Shown here in pieces: positions 56,385-64,000 of a stretch of 64,000 nt of DNA. The notes beneath the pieces were generated by a model. It ran no database searches and was not told where the DNA came from. It saw only the letters and a list, made by a program, of their open reading frames with translations. The position numbers and the translations under genes are program-made. Positions within the stretch are counted from its first letter, which is position 1. Each line of letters opens with the position of its first letter. The stretch covers positions 11,163 to 75,162 of the forward strand of contig JAUSJO010000006.1 in NCBI GenBank assembly GCA_030647205.1, written 5' to 3'. The stretch is from a bacterium. GTDB lineage: Bacteria; Patescibacteriota; CPR2; UBA1875; JAJYID01.

Positions 56385-56776
56385 TATATTGCTCCTATGC
56401 TTTTCATATATTCTTCATATCTTCTGACAAACTCCTCGATATCATCTTTGTATACCCTAACTTCATGATAATCATCCGGATTGCCCTTTATCCCAATTCC
56501 ATCCCCTAAATAGGGGTATTCATCAGAAAAATTTTTGTTAATATAGCGGCTGCCGTACTGGCTTTGTTTGCCTAAAAGATCATGCGATATCACACCAAAT
56601 TTTACAAATCCTTCCTGATCTATTTCTGCAAAAATTTCCGGTAATTCTCCACCTCTGTTTTTTCTATGCCAATCATCATTTTCCTTTGCTTTCTCTAGAG
56701 CTTCTAACACCCGAGTATGCAAATCCTTTTCTTGAACCTCCTCTTGTCCTTCTTCTGTTTTTGGTATTTCTCCCAT
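56384..56776 (-). CDS. Hypothetical 130-aa protein between nadK and nrtR
   Basis: ORF track. Its stop overlaps the nrtR start. Confidence 0.4.
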   Translation of the reverse strand: MGEIPKTEEGQEEVQEKDLHTRVLEALEKAKENDDWHRKNRGGELPEIFAEIDQEGFVKFGVISHDLLGKQSQYGSRYINKNFSDEYPYLGDGIGIKGNPDDYHEVRVYKDDIEEFVRRYEEYMKSIGAI

Positions 56777-56807
56777 ATGTTTGATTTAACTACTATTTAA
56801 ATTTTCC

Positions 56808-57647
56808 TCAGTTTTTGTCATATGCTCTGACGGCTACATTATGGTTAGATAAGTTAAACTTTTTCTCTAACGCCTCATAAAAATGATCTTTGTTAAAAAG
56901 AACCATACGATAATAATGAGATTTTCTAAGCTTCACCACATCTCCCTCTTTTAGAGGAATACCCTTTGATCCGTCAACAGAAAGAAATGCTTCTTCTCCC
57001 TCGATATTTTTAAGCTCAGTAACCTCCGTCTCAGGCACCAGGATTGTGGGGACAGGAAGTCCCTGCGGGCATATGGAAGTGACAAAGAAACATTTTACAC
57101 CCGGAGCGGCAATAGGCCCCCCGGCAGAAAGGTTATATGCGGTGGAACCTGTTGTCGTAGAAACCAAAACGCCGTCTCCTCTAAACTTTACCCGATGAGT
57201 GCCACCCACAGAAACCCCGACAGTTACAACCGAAGATAATCCCTTCACCACTACATCATTTACAACATAATCTGACCTGACAAGATTGCCCCCACTCATA
57301 AGGTCAGCTAAGATCCCGACCCTTTCCTGCAAATGATAATCTTTGCCTTCTTCGCCCTTAACAAATTGAAGAACCTTCTCGGCCGCATCCTCTTCCTCAA
57401 CCACCGCTAGAAATCCTACTCTACCGGCATTAACACCTAAAATAGGGATGTCTTTTTCTTTGGCAAATCGTATTGCTTCTATAATAGTACCGTCACCACC
57501 AATAGCAATAACCGCCTGAACGTCATGATCAGCTTCTTTTGCCGGAACGACTTCTACACCTTCTTTATCCAAAGCAGAGGCAATTACCTTTGAGATCTTG
57601 ACTGCTTTTTCCCTGCCCTCATTTACAACTACTGCTATTTTTTTCAT
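56808..57647 (-). CDS. nadK: NAD+ kinase NadK (PpnK)
   Basis: GGDGT, NDVVV and TTTGSTAYNLSAGGPI motifs. The start is taken at MKKIAVVV (the ORF track extends 15 codons further, to 57692). Confidence 0.8.
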   Translation of the reverse strand: MKKIAVVVNEGREKAVKISKVIASALDKEGVEVVPAKEADHDVQAVIAIGGDGTIIEAIRFAKEKDIPILGVNAGRVGFLAVVEEEDAAEKVLQFVKGEEGKDYHLQERVGILADLMSGGNLVRSDYVVNDVVVKGLSSVVTVGVSVGGTHRVKFRGDGVLVSTTTGSTAYNLSAGGPIAAPGVKCFFVTSICPQGLPVPTILVPETEVTELKNIEGEEAFLSVDGSKGIPLKEGDVVKLRKSHYYRMVLFNKDHFYEALEKKFNLSNHNVAVRAYDKN

Positions 57648-57665
57648 AGTGTTATTATAACACAT
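57647..57665. promoter_or_regulatory. Palindrome TAGTGTTattatAACACA (candidate operator, site 3), abutting the nadK start and containing a TATAAT -10-like hexamer on the minus strand
   Basis: Same half-sites as sites 1 and 2. Also sits in the divergent region shared with the NMNAT-like/MTase gene. Confidence 0.5.
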
Positions 57666-57742
57666 CATATCAAAGTGTCTATTGATCTTCATGCCTCAAA
57701 GATCTAATGCTATAATAACTGAGAAGGCATAACTATAAATCT

Positions 57743-59344
57743 ATGACATATATATTATTTCCCGGCAGACATCACCTCCTAACAAACTTTCAATTTGATT
57801 ATCTAAATCAAATAGCCAAAGAAGGGTTAGCGGGTATAAAAGATATTGATGGTAAATCCTTCTCGCCAAACGAGAAAGTTGATGAAGTTGTTTTCGCTAT
57901 TACCTCTGCAAATCACGCAAATACCAGAAGGAATCCATTGCCGCTATATCAAAGAGCAATGGCTGTCCAAGATTTCTCGCACGATCTCCCTATAAAAACC
58001 ACGATATACGATATTAACGATATCGGGGTCAGCGAGAGCTTTGCCGACTATGTTCTAAAGAGAATCTATAGCCGCAGTGAGGGAAGCCTAAAACTAACTC
58101 CCGATAATACTATTGTCGCATGCTCTACACCTGTGCTTGAAATGTACAAGAAACTAGGCTTTAGGATCTTACCCGTAGAACTCCTATCCAAAGATTTCAA
58201 AAGATATGCAGACAATTTGCCATGGGAAATAATCGAAGAAGTCGCAAATATCCAAGACAACTGGATGGAGAATAAACTATATAAGGGAAAAACCCATCCA
58301 GCCTCGAAAAGACTATGGGAAACTTATGATATTGGAGACAAAGTCCAGCAGCTCTTTAGAGACACTATAATAGGAGAAGATGGCGATATTACAGAGACTA
58401 GAGATTACAATACCTATGTGCGTTCCATGGATCATAGTACCGAACAAAAATACTCCGAAACTTCAAGTTTTGTCAAACCGGGGAGAATTGGCGACATCGG
58501 ATGTGCCGTAGGATCATGGATCAAGTTTGCCTGCCAAGACTCAAGACTGGCAGAGTCAGATTTCTATGGGATAGAAGTGACTAGAAAACTCTACGATATT
58601 TGCGAACAAAGAAAGGATAATGGAGAGTTTTCTAGTGATTACGTGTTTTTCTCAAGAAAAAATGCCATAACCGGCCTGGTCTTTGAACCCGATAGCATGG
58701 ATAGTATCCTAACATCATCCCTAACTCATGAGATAGAATCTTATGGAGGCAGAGGAGATCTTCTTAAATTTATTAAAAACCGAGCTGCCGAGTTAAATGA
58801 GGGGGGACGATGGATAAACAGGGACGTTGTCGGCCCGGACGATGGTAGCAAAACTGTATATTTGGAGCTAAACTCTTCAGATGGAAGGAATGATGACTAT
58901 GATCAAGCAATTGGAAACCGAGATAAGTTAAAGGAATATTTAGACGGTCTATCTACTTATGCTAAATTTTTACGATTCTCCAAAGATTTTAGGAAAAATG
59001 AAAGCGAGCAGGTCAAATATGAAGCTGTCTCTATTGATAATAAAAACCTGATTAAACTACAGCTAAAAGATGCCTGTGAGTTTGTGACTAAAAAGGACTA
59101 TACCGACAACTGGCAAAGTGAAATGCATGAGACTTTCTGTTTCTGGAGTTTTGATGACTGGAAACAACACTTGGAAAAGGCCGGGTTAAAGGTTCATCCG
59201 CAATCAAAAGCTTTCGTAAATCCGTGGGTAATCAAGAAGCGGGTCCAAGGGAAAGTAAAACTCTATACACTACAAGACAAAACACTAAATGAAATCGATT
59301 ATCCTGTCAGTAATATGGTCTTAGTCGCCGAGAAACGCCATTAG
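57743..59344 (+). CDS. Fusion protein: N-terminal NMNAT-like (cytidylyltransferase-fold, NadM-like) domain plus C-terminal class I SAM-dependent methyltransferase domain
   Basis: N-terminus ILFPGRHHLL... and VVFAITSANHANTRRNPLPLYQRAMAV align to archaeal NMNAT IGIGSAQ.SHT.KNPFTAGER..M. C-terminus has MTase motif I (IGDIGCAVGSW), post-I acidic (FYGIEV), motif II and motif III (LNEGGRWI). Confidence 0.55.
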   Translation: MTYILFPGRHHLLTNFQFDYLNQIAKEGLAGIKDIDGKSFSPNEKVDEVVFAITSANHANTRRNPLPLYQRAMAVQDFSHDLPIKTTIYDINDIGVSESFADYVLKRIYSRSEGSLKLTPDNTIVACSTPVLEMYKKLGFRILPVELLSKDFKRYADNLPWEIIEEVANIQDNWMENKLYKGKTHPASKRLWETYDIGDKVQQLFRDTIIGEDGDITETRDYNTYVRSMDHSTEQKYSETSSFVKPGRIGDIGCAVGSWIKFACQDSRLAESDFYGIEVTRKLYDICEQRKDNGEFSSDYVFFSRKNAITGLVFEPDSMDSILTSSLTHEIESYGGRGDLLKFIKNRAAELNEGGRWINRDVVGPDDGSKTVYLELNSSDGRNDDYDQAIGNRDKLKEYLDGLSTYAKFLRFSKDFRKNESEQVKYEAVSIDNKNLIKLQLKDACEFVTKKDYTDNWQSEMHETFCFWSFDDWKQHLEKAGLKVHPQSKAFVNPWVIKKRVQGKVKLYTLQDKTLNEIDYPVSNMVLVAEKRH

Positions 59345-59358
59345 AAAAGTCTATGTCT

Positions 59359-60339
59359 TCATTTTTTAATGAGACCCGGAAACATAACATCAGCAAGATA
59401 ACTTGCTACATTTCTCGATTTTCCTTTACCCGGCATCATGTGCATGCTCAGTCCCGGGTTTGAGTTGACCTCAACAATACCATAACTAGACTTTGTTTGT
59501 GGCTCATCAATGTTTTCGGTCATTATATCTAAACCAATAAAAGGTAAACCTTGAAAAACATCTAACACTTTTTGAGCAATGTCGATAACTGAACTATGCA
59601 CTTCATCTGTAACGTCTTCACTCACTCCTCCCTTAGCCAAGTTTGAGGTCTTTCTTAAATAAATCTTTTCATCTTTTTTTGGTATATACCTGAGATCTTT
59701 ACCAGACTCCTTAAGAAAATTATCAACCTGCCTGTCAAACACAATTGGACAGAGATATCTTTTTTTACGGTCGTCCCTCTTTTTTGACTCGATCTCACCC
59801 AACTCACTTATATTATGTTTACCGTCACCTATAACATGAGCTGGGTCTCTATTAAGAACAGCGTACTTTCCTTCTATAGTAATAAAAACCCGATATTCTT
59901 TGCCGGGGAGATGTTTTTCTACAAGGAAGAGCGTGTTTACACCTGTTTCTTCTTCTAAGTGGTTGACGGCCGACACAAGTTCTCTTTCATTTTTTATCTC
60001 TACAAAAACACTGTCGCCATGAGAACCCCAGTTTGGTTTGACAACTACCGGAAATCCAATCTTTTGAGCGTACTCTACAGCTTCCTTAAATGAATGCGCG
60101 CTAAAAACTTCTCCTTCCGGAGCGCTGATTCCATTTTTCCGAAGAAGATTTTTCGTAAGATATTTATCAGCAGTCATTTTAACCAGATTATAGGGTGAGA
60201 GAGAACTGAACCTATCCAAAAGGAACTCCTTTCGCCCCTCATAAATTACTTCAATGAGTTCTATTTCCGGGTCAGCATCTCTAACTTTGGCCCCACGTCT
60301 TTTAAGTTCATCGACTAGAAGTTTTTGATTGGTATGCAT
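59359..60339 (-). CDS. ATP-grasp family ligase (cyanophycin-synthetase N-terminal / RimK-like)
   Basis: GFPVVVKPNWGSHGDSVFV, HVIGDGKHNISELGE, EVNSNPG are ATP-grasp hallmark segments. Confidence 0.7.
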   Translation of the reverse strand: MHTNQKLLVDELKRRGAKVRDADPEIELIEVIYEGRKEFLLDRFSSLSPYNLVKMTADKYLTKNLLRKNGISAPEGEVFSAHSFKEAVEYAQKIGFPVVVKPNWGSHGDSVFVEIKNERELVSAVNHLEEETGVNTLFLVEKHLPGKEYRVFITIEGKYAVLNRDPAHVIGDGKHNISELGEIESKKRDDRKKRYLCPIVFDRQVDNFLKESGKDLRYIPKKDEKIYLRKTSNLAKGGVSEDVTDEVHSSVIDIAQKVLDVFQGLPFIGLDIMTENIDEPQTKSSYGIVEVNSNPGLSMHMMPGKGKSRNVASYLADVMFPGLIKK

Positions 60340-60371
60340 CTTACCTGTCGAGTATTAAATGTGGCATCTTC

Positions 60372-60890
60372 CTAAGATGACTCACCATTACTATTGATTA
60401 TCAAGCCTCTCCCCGTAGATCTTCCCCCACCGTACCTTCCTCGGTCTGCGCTACCCGACTCACCAGAGGAGTTGCTAGTATTAAATACACCCTTCACTCT
60501 ACCCCCACTCCCTGACTCGTCACTCTTTTCTCTAGAAGACTTACTTTCTGACCTTTGGGCTCTACTGGCTTCCGATTCCCCCATATCACGAGCTGACGAC
60601 TCTCCCTTTTCTGCCTTCCGCTCACCCTCACTATCTGATAACTCTTTCTTTTTTTGATCGATCGTGCGATCAAGTATCTGATTGTCTAAAATCCTCGCCT
60701 TGTCGAAATCTCCGGCATCGAGCGCTTTTCTAAGAGCCCTACGCAGGTCTTTAAGACTCTGGCGCTCCTTATCAGAAAATTCACGGTTAATCTCACCTCT
60801 AGTTCCCTTTTCACCTTTACGGACAATACCCCCTGACTCACCGCTTGTTTCTCGGGGTGATTCGCCTCCTTCACTCATTCTCTCCAACAT
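60372..60890 (-). CDS. Low-complexity S/E/R/G-rich (predicted disordered) protein
   Basis: ORF track. Compositionally biased. Confidence 0.35.
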   Translation of the reverse strand: MLERMSEGGESPRETSGESGGIVRKGEKGTRGEINREFSDKERQSLKDLRRALRKALDAGDFDKARILDNQILDRTIDQKKKELSDSEGERKAEKGESSARDMGESEASRAQRSESKSSREKSDESGSGGRVKGVFNTSNSSGESGSADRGRYGGGRSTGRGLIINSNGESS

Positions 60891-60936
60891 GTTCTCTCTC
60901 CCAATTAGTTAAATTTATAATAACACTGAGACCACA

Positions 60937-61620
60937 CTACTTGCAATAAATAGCTACCTTATGCTCTATTTTGCTGCCTTGGACCCTATGTTTTGCTTCT
61001 TTCCCCCATATAAAACCTATAACTTTTCTTGCCTCATCTAGATCCTTAAATTCAAAAAATGTTGTGAAATGCGAGTACTCTCTGAAGCCGTTTTTAACCA
61101 ACCATTCGTTATATTTTTTAGTTCTTTCCAAGGGATCGTTGGTCCTTCCTCTTATTTGTTCAAACTCACCACCTGTATCGTTCTCGACTAAAAATATTTT
61201 GCCTCTCGGCTTCAAGGTTCTTTCAATGTTACAAAGTATATCCTTCCTTCTCTTTTCGTCCTCAACCGTCCCCAATACCCAAGAAGCAAGAGCCACGTCT
61301 ATACTTTTGGATGGTAGCTTCATATCCTCTGCCTGAGTATGCACAAAGTCTATATTATCGTACCCATCAGTGTCTTTTTCTGCCAAGCTAAGCTGATCTT
61401 TCGAGGCGTCAAGAGCCACAATCTTCGGAGCATACGGAGCAAACAGTTTTGTATATTTACCAGAACCGCAACCAAGATCTAGGAGTGTCTTACCTTTCAT
61501 TTCTGAAAGTAATGTTTCAAATATCTTGCCAGGTGCATCCTCTCTTGCACTGAAAAGCCGATAGATCCCGGCCTCTTCATAATAACTTTTCGACTTTTCC
61601 CCTAGACTATACTTCTTCAT
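60937..61620 (-). CDS. Class I SAM-dependent methyltransferase
   Basis: Motif I LLDLGCGSGKYT, post-I acidic residue (ALDAS), motif II/III. Confidence 0.75.
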   Translation of the reverse strand: MKKYSLGEKSKSYYEEAGIYRLFSAREDAPGKIFETLLSEMKGKTLLDLGCGSGKYTKLFAPYAPKIVALDASKDQLSLAEKDTDGYDNIDFVHTQAEDMKLPSKSIDVALASWVLGTVEDEKRRKDILCNIERTLKPRGKIFLVENDTGGEFEQIRGRTNDPLERTKKYNEWLVKNGFREYSHFTTFFEFKDLDEARKVIGFIWGKEAKHRVQGSKIEHKVAIYCK

Positions 61621-61621
61621 A

Positions 61622-63538
61622 TTACACCTTTACTTTCTCGAGATAGGCGATCGCATCCCGATACCCCTTGCCCATAGCACTATCAAAAACAAATTCTTTA
61701 TACCTTGTCCCTTCTATCCCCCCAAACACTTCTTTCCGTCTCTTATGATCGTTGATTTCATTTCTTTTCTTTGAATTATTTTTACTATCGAAGTCATAAA
61801 TATAAGCGAACACTATTTTCCCACCAGTTTTTAATTTTCCCAACAATACAGAGACAATCAGATTCTTAAATTCCGACAAATAATCATCCGTGTTAAACAT
61901 CAGATGCGTATAATCAGAGATATTTGAAAGAATTATAAGATCAAACGTTTCATGCCCGTCTAACTCTTGCCCTAAATTCTTAAGCGATGAAGAAACCCAG
62001 TGATAGCAACCTTCCTTTATGCGTTTTTGAGCCTTACTATATATAACTTCATTCTCCAGATAGAGATTATTGCTTACTTTCCTCTGCTTCTCGTCATATA
62101 TGTTGTTAAATATTTCTGATTCGCGGAGTTTTTCCCCATTGAAATCGAAACGTTCGTAAGCCTGATTAAAAAAATATCTGGCCTGAAAGGATATATCTCC
62201 TTTAACTTCATTGTAGTTATTATACGAAAGAACCTCTTCTCCTTTATCCCTCATTAAAAAATTCTTAAAGGTATTAAGTCCATGACTCTTAAGATAGGCT
62301 ACTTTAAGCTCGGTAAAGTATTGAGCTAAAAGATTTATATCGAAACATTTTACATTATTTGCGCCTAGAAGATACGCATTGATAAGGTGGTCTCCTGAAG
62401 CTCCTACGGTCAGTACGCTCTTTTCTTTAAAATCAAACTTAGGGAAATAGCCTGCTATATTTTCCGTTGTGAAAGAGTAAATCTTGTTATACTCACTGAA
62501 TTTAGGACGCCCGGTTGTCTCATGCAGATGCTCTTCAAAAAAACTGTCAAGTTTCTGCGCGTCTTTTGTCTCATCGATCGCTTCCATCGGACAGTAATCA
62601 ATATTTGCCAAAGCAAGGCGGTCGACCAGAGAACGGTAAGACGATATCTCTTTTGATTTTAGAATCTCATCTAGCCCGTATTTGTGTAAATCTTTGCCAC
62701 TTACATACTGAGGGGCTCTTTCCGTAACCCAAGTACAAGGTGAGACACGACCCTTATGATCTATCGATAGAAATTTATCACCCCCCGGACAAACTCCATC
62801 AACTTTTTCTCCTATCTTTTCGGTAAAACTATGACTTACTTTTATATGTTCCTTGTATTTTTTTGTCAGTATTTCTATCTCATTTTTTAGATCAGTAGCT
62901 AATCTTAAAGAAATAAGATTTTTATTGCCTCTTAGCCTCCCCACTGGCTCAAGCCGAGAGAAGATCACCTCATCTACCCCCAAATCAATGCAAAGCTTGA
63001 CCATATTTTCCATTTTCTCTTCATTTTGAGCAAATATTAAAGAACCCACTCTCGTATATAAACCGTGTTTGACTAGGCTTTTTATCCCTTTAGTTGTTCT
63101 CTCGAAGGACTTTTCTCCTCTCACAATCTCATTTAGTTCTGGCGTGCAGCCGTCTAAGCCAACATGTATCATACTAATATTTAGTTTTTTTAGTTTACTT
63201 GCCAGCTCATCATCGATGACTGACGCATTTGTGGAAATATCAGTCTTTAATCCAACCTTATCGGCAAATATCATTAGTTCTAAGATGTCTTCTCTCAAGA
63301 ATGGTTCTCCCCCAGTAATCTTGAGGTGCGTTATCCCGGCGCTCTTTAGATCTTTGATACATTTTTTCACTTCTCCAGTACTAAGCTCGTCTTTTGGCTT
63401 TTTGGCGGTAGAGCTGAAGATGCAGTGAGGACATCTATAGTTGCATCTGTTGGTTATCTCCCAAATCACTCTCCCTCCATCCTCCGGGATTCGAAATAGA
63501 CAAAATGCATATTTATTTTTTGTAGATATTTTTACCAT
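61622..63538 (-). CDS. Radical SAM / SPASM(twitch)-domain protein fused to a C-terminal SAM-MTase-like (Rossmann) domain
   Basis: CNYRCPHC (CxxxCxxC), ITGGEPFL, auxiliary-cluster region CPGGDKFLSIDHKGRVSPC...C. The C-terminal ~300 aa have MTase-like motifs VLTVGASGD, FDLIILSNISDY and LKTGGKIVFAY. Confidence 0.7.
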   Translation of the reverse strand: MVKISTKNKYAFCLFRIPEDGGRVIWEITNRCNYRCPHCIFSSTAKKPKDELSTGEVKKCIKDLKSAGITHLKITGGEPFLREDILELMIFADKVGLKTDISTNASVIDDELASKLKKLNISMIHVGLDGCTPELNEIVRGEKSFERTTKGIKSLVKHGLYTRVGSLIFAQNEEKMENMVKLCIDLGVDEVIFSRLEPVGRLRGNKNLISLRLATDLKNEIEILTKKYKEHIKVSHSFTEKIGEKVDGVCPGGDKFLSIDHKGRVSPCTWVTERAPQYVSGKDLHKYGLDEILKSKEISSYRSLVDRLALANIDYCPMEAIDETKDAQKLDSFFEEHLHETTGRPKFSEYNKIYSFTTENIAGYFPKFDFKEKSVLTVGASGDHLINAYLLGANNVKCFDINLLAQYFTELKVAYLKSHGLNTFKNFLMRDKGEEVLSYNNYNEVKGDISFQARYFFNQAYERFDFNGEKLRESEIFNNIYDEKQRKVSNNLYLENEVIYSKAQKRIKEGCYHWVSSSLKNLGQELDGHETFDLIILSNISDYTHLMFNTDDYLSEFKNLIVSVLLGKLKTGGKIVFAYIYDFDSKNNSKKRNEINDHKRRKEVFGGIEGTRYKEFVFDSAMGKGYRDAIAYLEKVKV

Positions 63539-64000
63539 TTTTATAACCTATCTTTTCTATTATCTCTTGCACCAAACATTCATAACTGTCTCTACCCGGA
63601 TCCTTTGTTGTATCAAAAACTTTTACCATTTTACCTTGGTTCTGTGCTATTTCTAATCTTTTCTTGTCCAGCGACCTGTAAAAGTCGACCCTCTGTAAAA
63701 GCTGGTCGTCTGACATATCTTGGCTTCTCTTTAAACGACCAAGCTGTACGTCATTGGCACAAGTCAGTATGAGAATATTCCCCTTAACAAGTGGCAGAAA
63801 ACCATCTTCAACCAGCATAGCCCATTCTACAGCAGTAACTCCTTCTGAATCATTCTGCCGGATAATCTCTTTCTTAATGAAGGGGTTTATGGTTTCTTTA
63901 AAAATTATCATTTTTTCTTCATCTGCGAATACCTTGCTTCCCAAATCAAGTAAGTCAATAAAAAAATCCGGACTTTCAGAGTTCAAATCAAGCGCTTCTG
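63513..64000 (-). CDS. Hypothetical protein, N-terminus outside the window (in-frame open to position 64000)
   Basis: ORF track (TTG at 63986), with no stop upstream before the window end. Overlaps the rSAM gene start by 26 nt. Confidence 0.35.
   Translation of the reverse strand, partial: EALDLNSESPDFFIDLLDLGSKVFADEEKMIIFKETINPFIKKEIIRQNDSEGVTAVEWAMLVEDGFLPLVKGNILILTCANDVQLGRLKRSQDMSDDQLLQRVDFYRSLDKKRLEIAQNQGKMVKVFDTTKDPGRDSYECLVQEIIEKIGYKNGKNIYKK

Noticed and set aside
57647-57692. Longer NadK N-terminus (MKINRHFDMMCYNNT...)
   Set aside because: NAD kinases begin directly with the MKKIAVV-type motif. The 15-codon extension would place the operator palindrome inside the coding sequence. 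However, the extension has a weak GAGG SD, so the alternative cannot be excluded.

Overview
This 64-kb window looks like a gene-dense genome with small proteins. A CPR/Patescibacteria-like or similar anaerobic lineage is a tentative guess, based only on the type IV pilus set, a group 3b [NiFe]-hydrogenase and frequent TTG/GTG starts. Almost everything is coding. From left to right the window contains: (1) the heat-shock operon hrcA-grpE-(inserted small gene)-dnaK on the minus strand, with a near-perfect CIRCE operator; (2) an AT-rich islet with a 330-aa protein carrying a HEPN-like Rx4HG motif; (3) housekeeping genes (HI0933-family flavoprotein, M23 peptidase, FabK/NMO-like oxidoreductase, GT4 glycosyltransferase, queA); (4) a type IV pilus cluster (pilB, pilC, pilA, two pseudopilins, a large pilus-associated protein, pilM, pilN, pilO); (5) queH, divergent from a cytoplasmic NAD(P)-linked group 3b [NiFe]-hydrogenase operon (beta-gamma-X-delta-alpha) with an unknown extra gene X translationally coupled between gamma and delta; (6) maturation genes hypC-hypD-hypE, plus a second locus with a second hypC and a HypF reduced to its Kae1-like carbamoyltransferase domain; (7) membrane proteins and a ZIP zinc transporter; (8) lepA, a DHOD-like protein, murJ, ftsH, tilS; (9) three CAU-anticodon tRNAs (initiator, Ile2-like, elongator Met) clustered around tilS and ftsB; (10) a receiver-domain protein, a standalone LigD-type 3'-phosphoesterase, Fe/Mn SOD, and a thioredoxin-like/CcdA pair. 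Then comes (11), a large NAD-salvage/regulatory neighbourhood on the minus strand: nadE, a NAPRTase-family gene, a Nudix ADP-ribose pyrophosphatase, a two-gene small-protein operon, a TerY-P-like triad (vWA protein, Ser/Thr kinase-like protein with Zn-ribbon, PP2C phosphatase) with nicotinamidase pncA embedded in the same operon, an NrtR-like Nudix-wHTH regulator, a hypothetical gene, nadK, and a divergent NMNAT-like/SAM-methyltransferase fusion gene. Finally (12) there is a minus-strand cluster of an ATP-grasp ligase, a disordered S/E/R/G-rich protein, a SAM methyltransferase and a radical-SAM/SPASM protein fused to a methyltransferase-like domain. Non-coding signals are: a family of short TGTCAT-terminated palindromic (MITE/RPE-like) repeats with at least five copies, two of them in-frame inside hypE and the hypF-like gene and one in the hydB-hydG spacer; three copies of a TAGTGTT-N5-AACACTA palindrome placed as operators in the NAD regulon; and a duplicated ~115-nt structured element upstream of two minus-strand transcription units. 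No CRISPR array or rRNA was seen.
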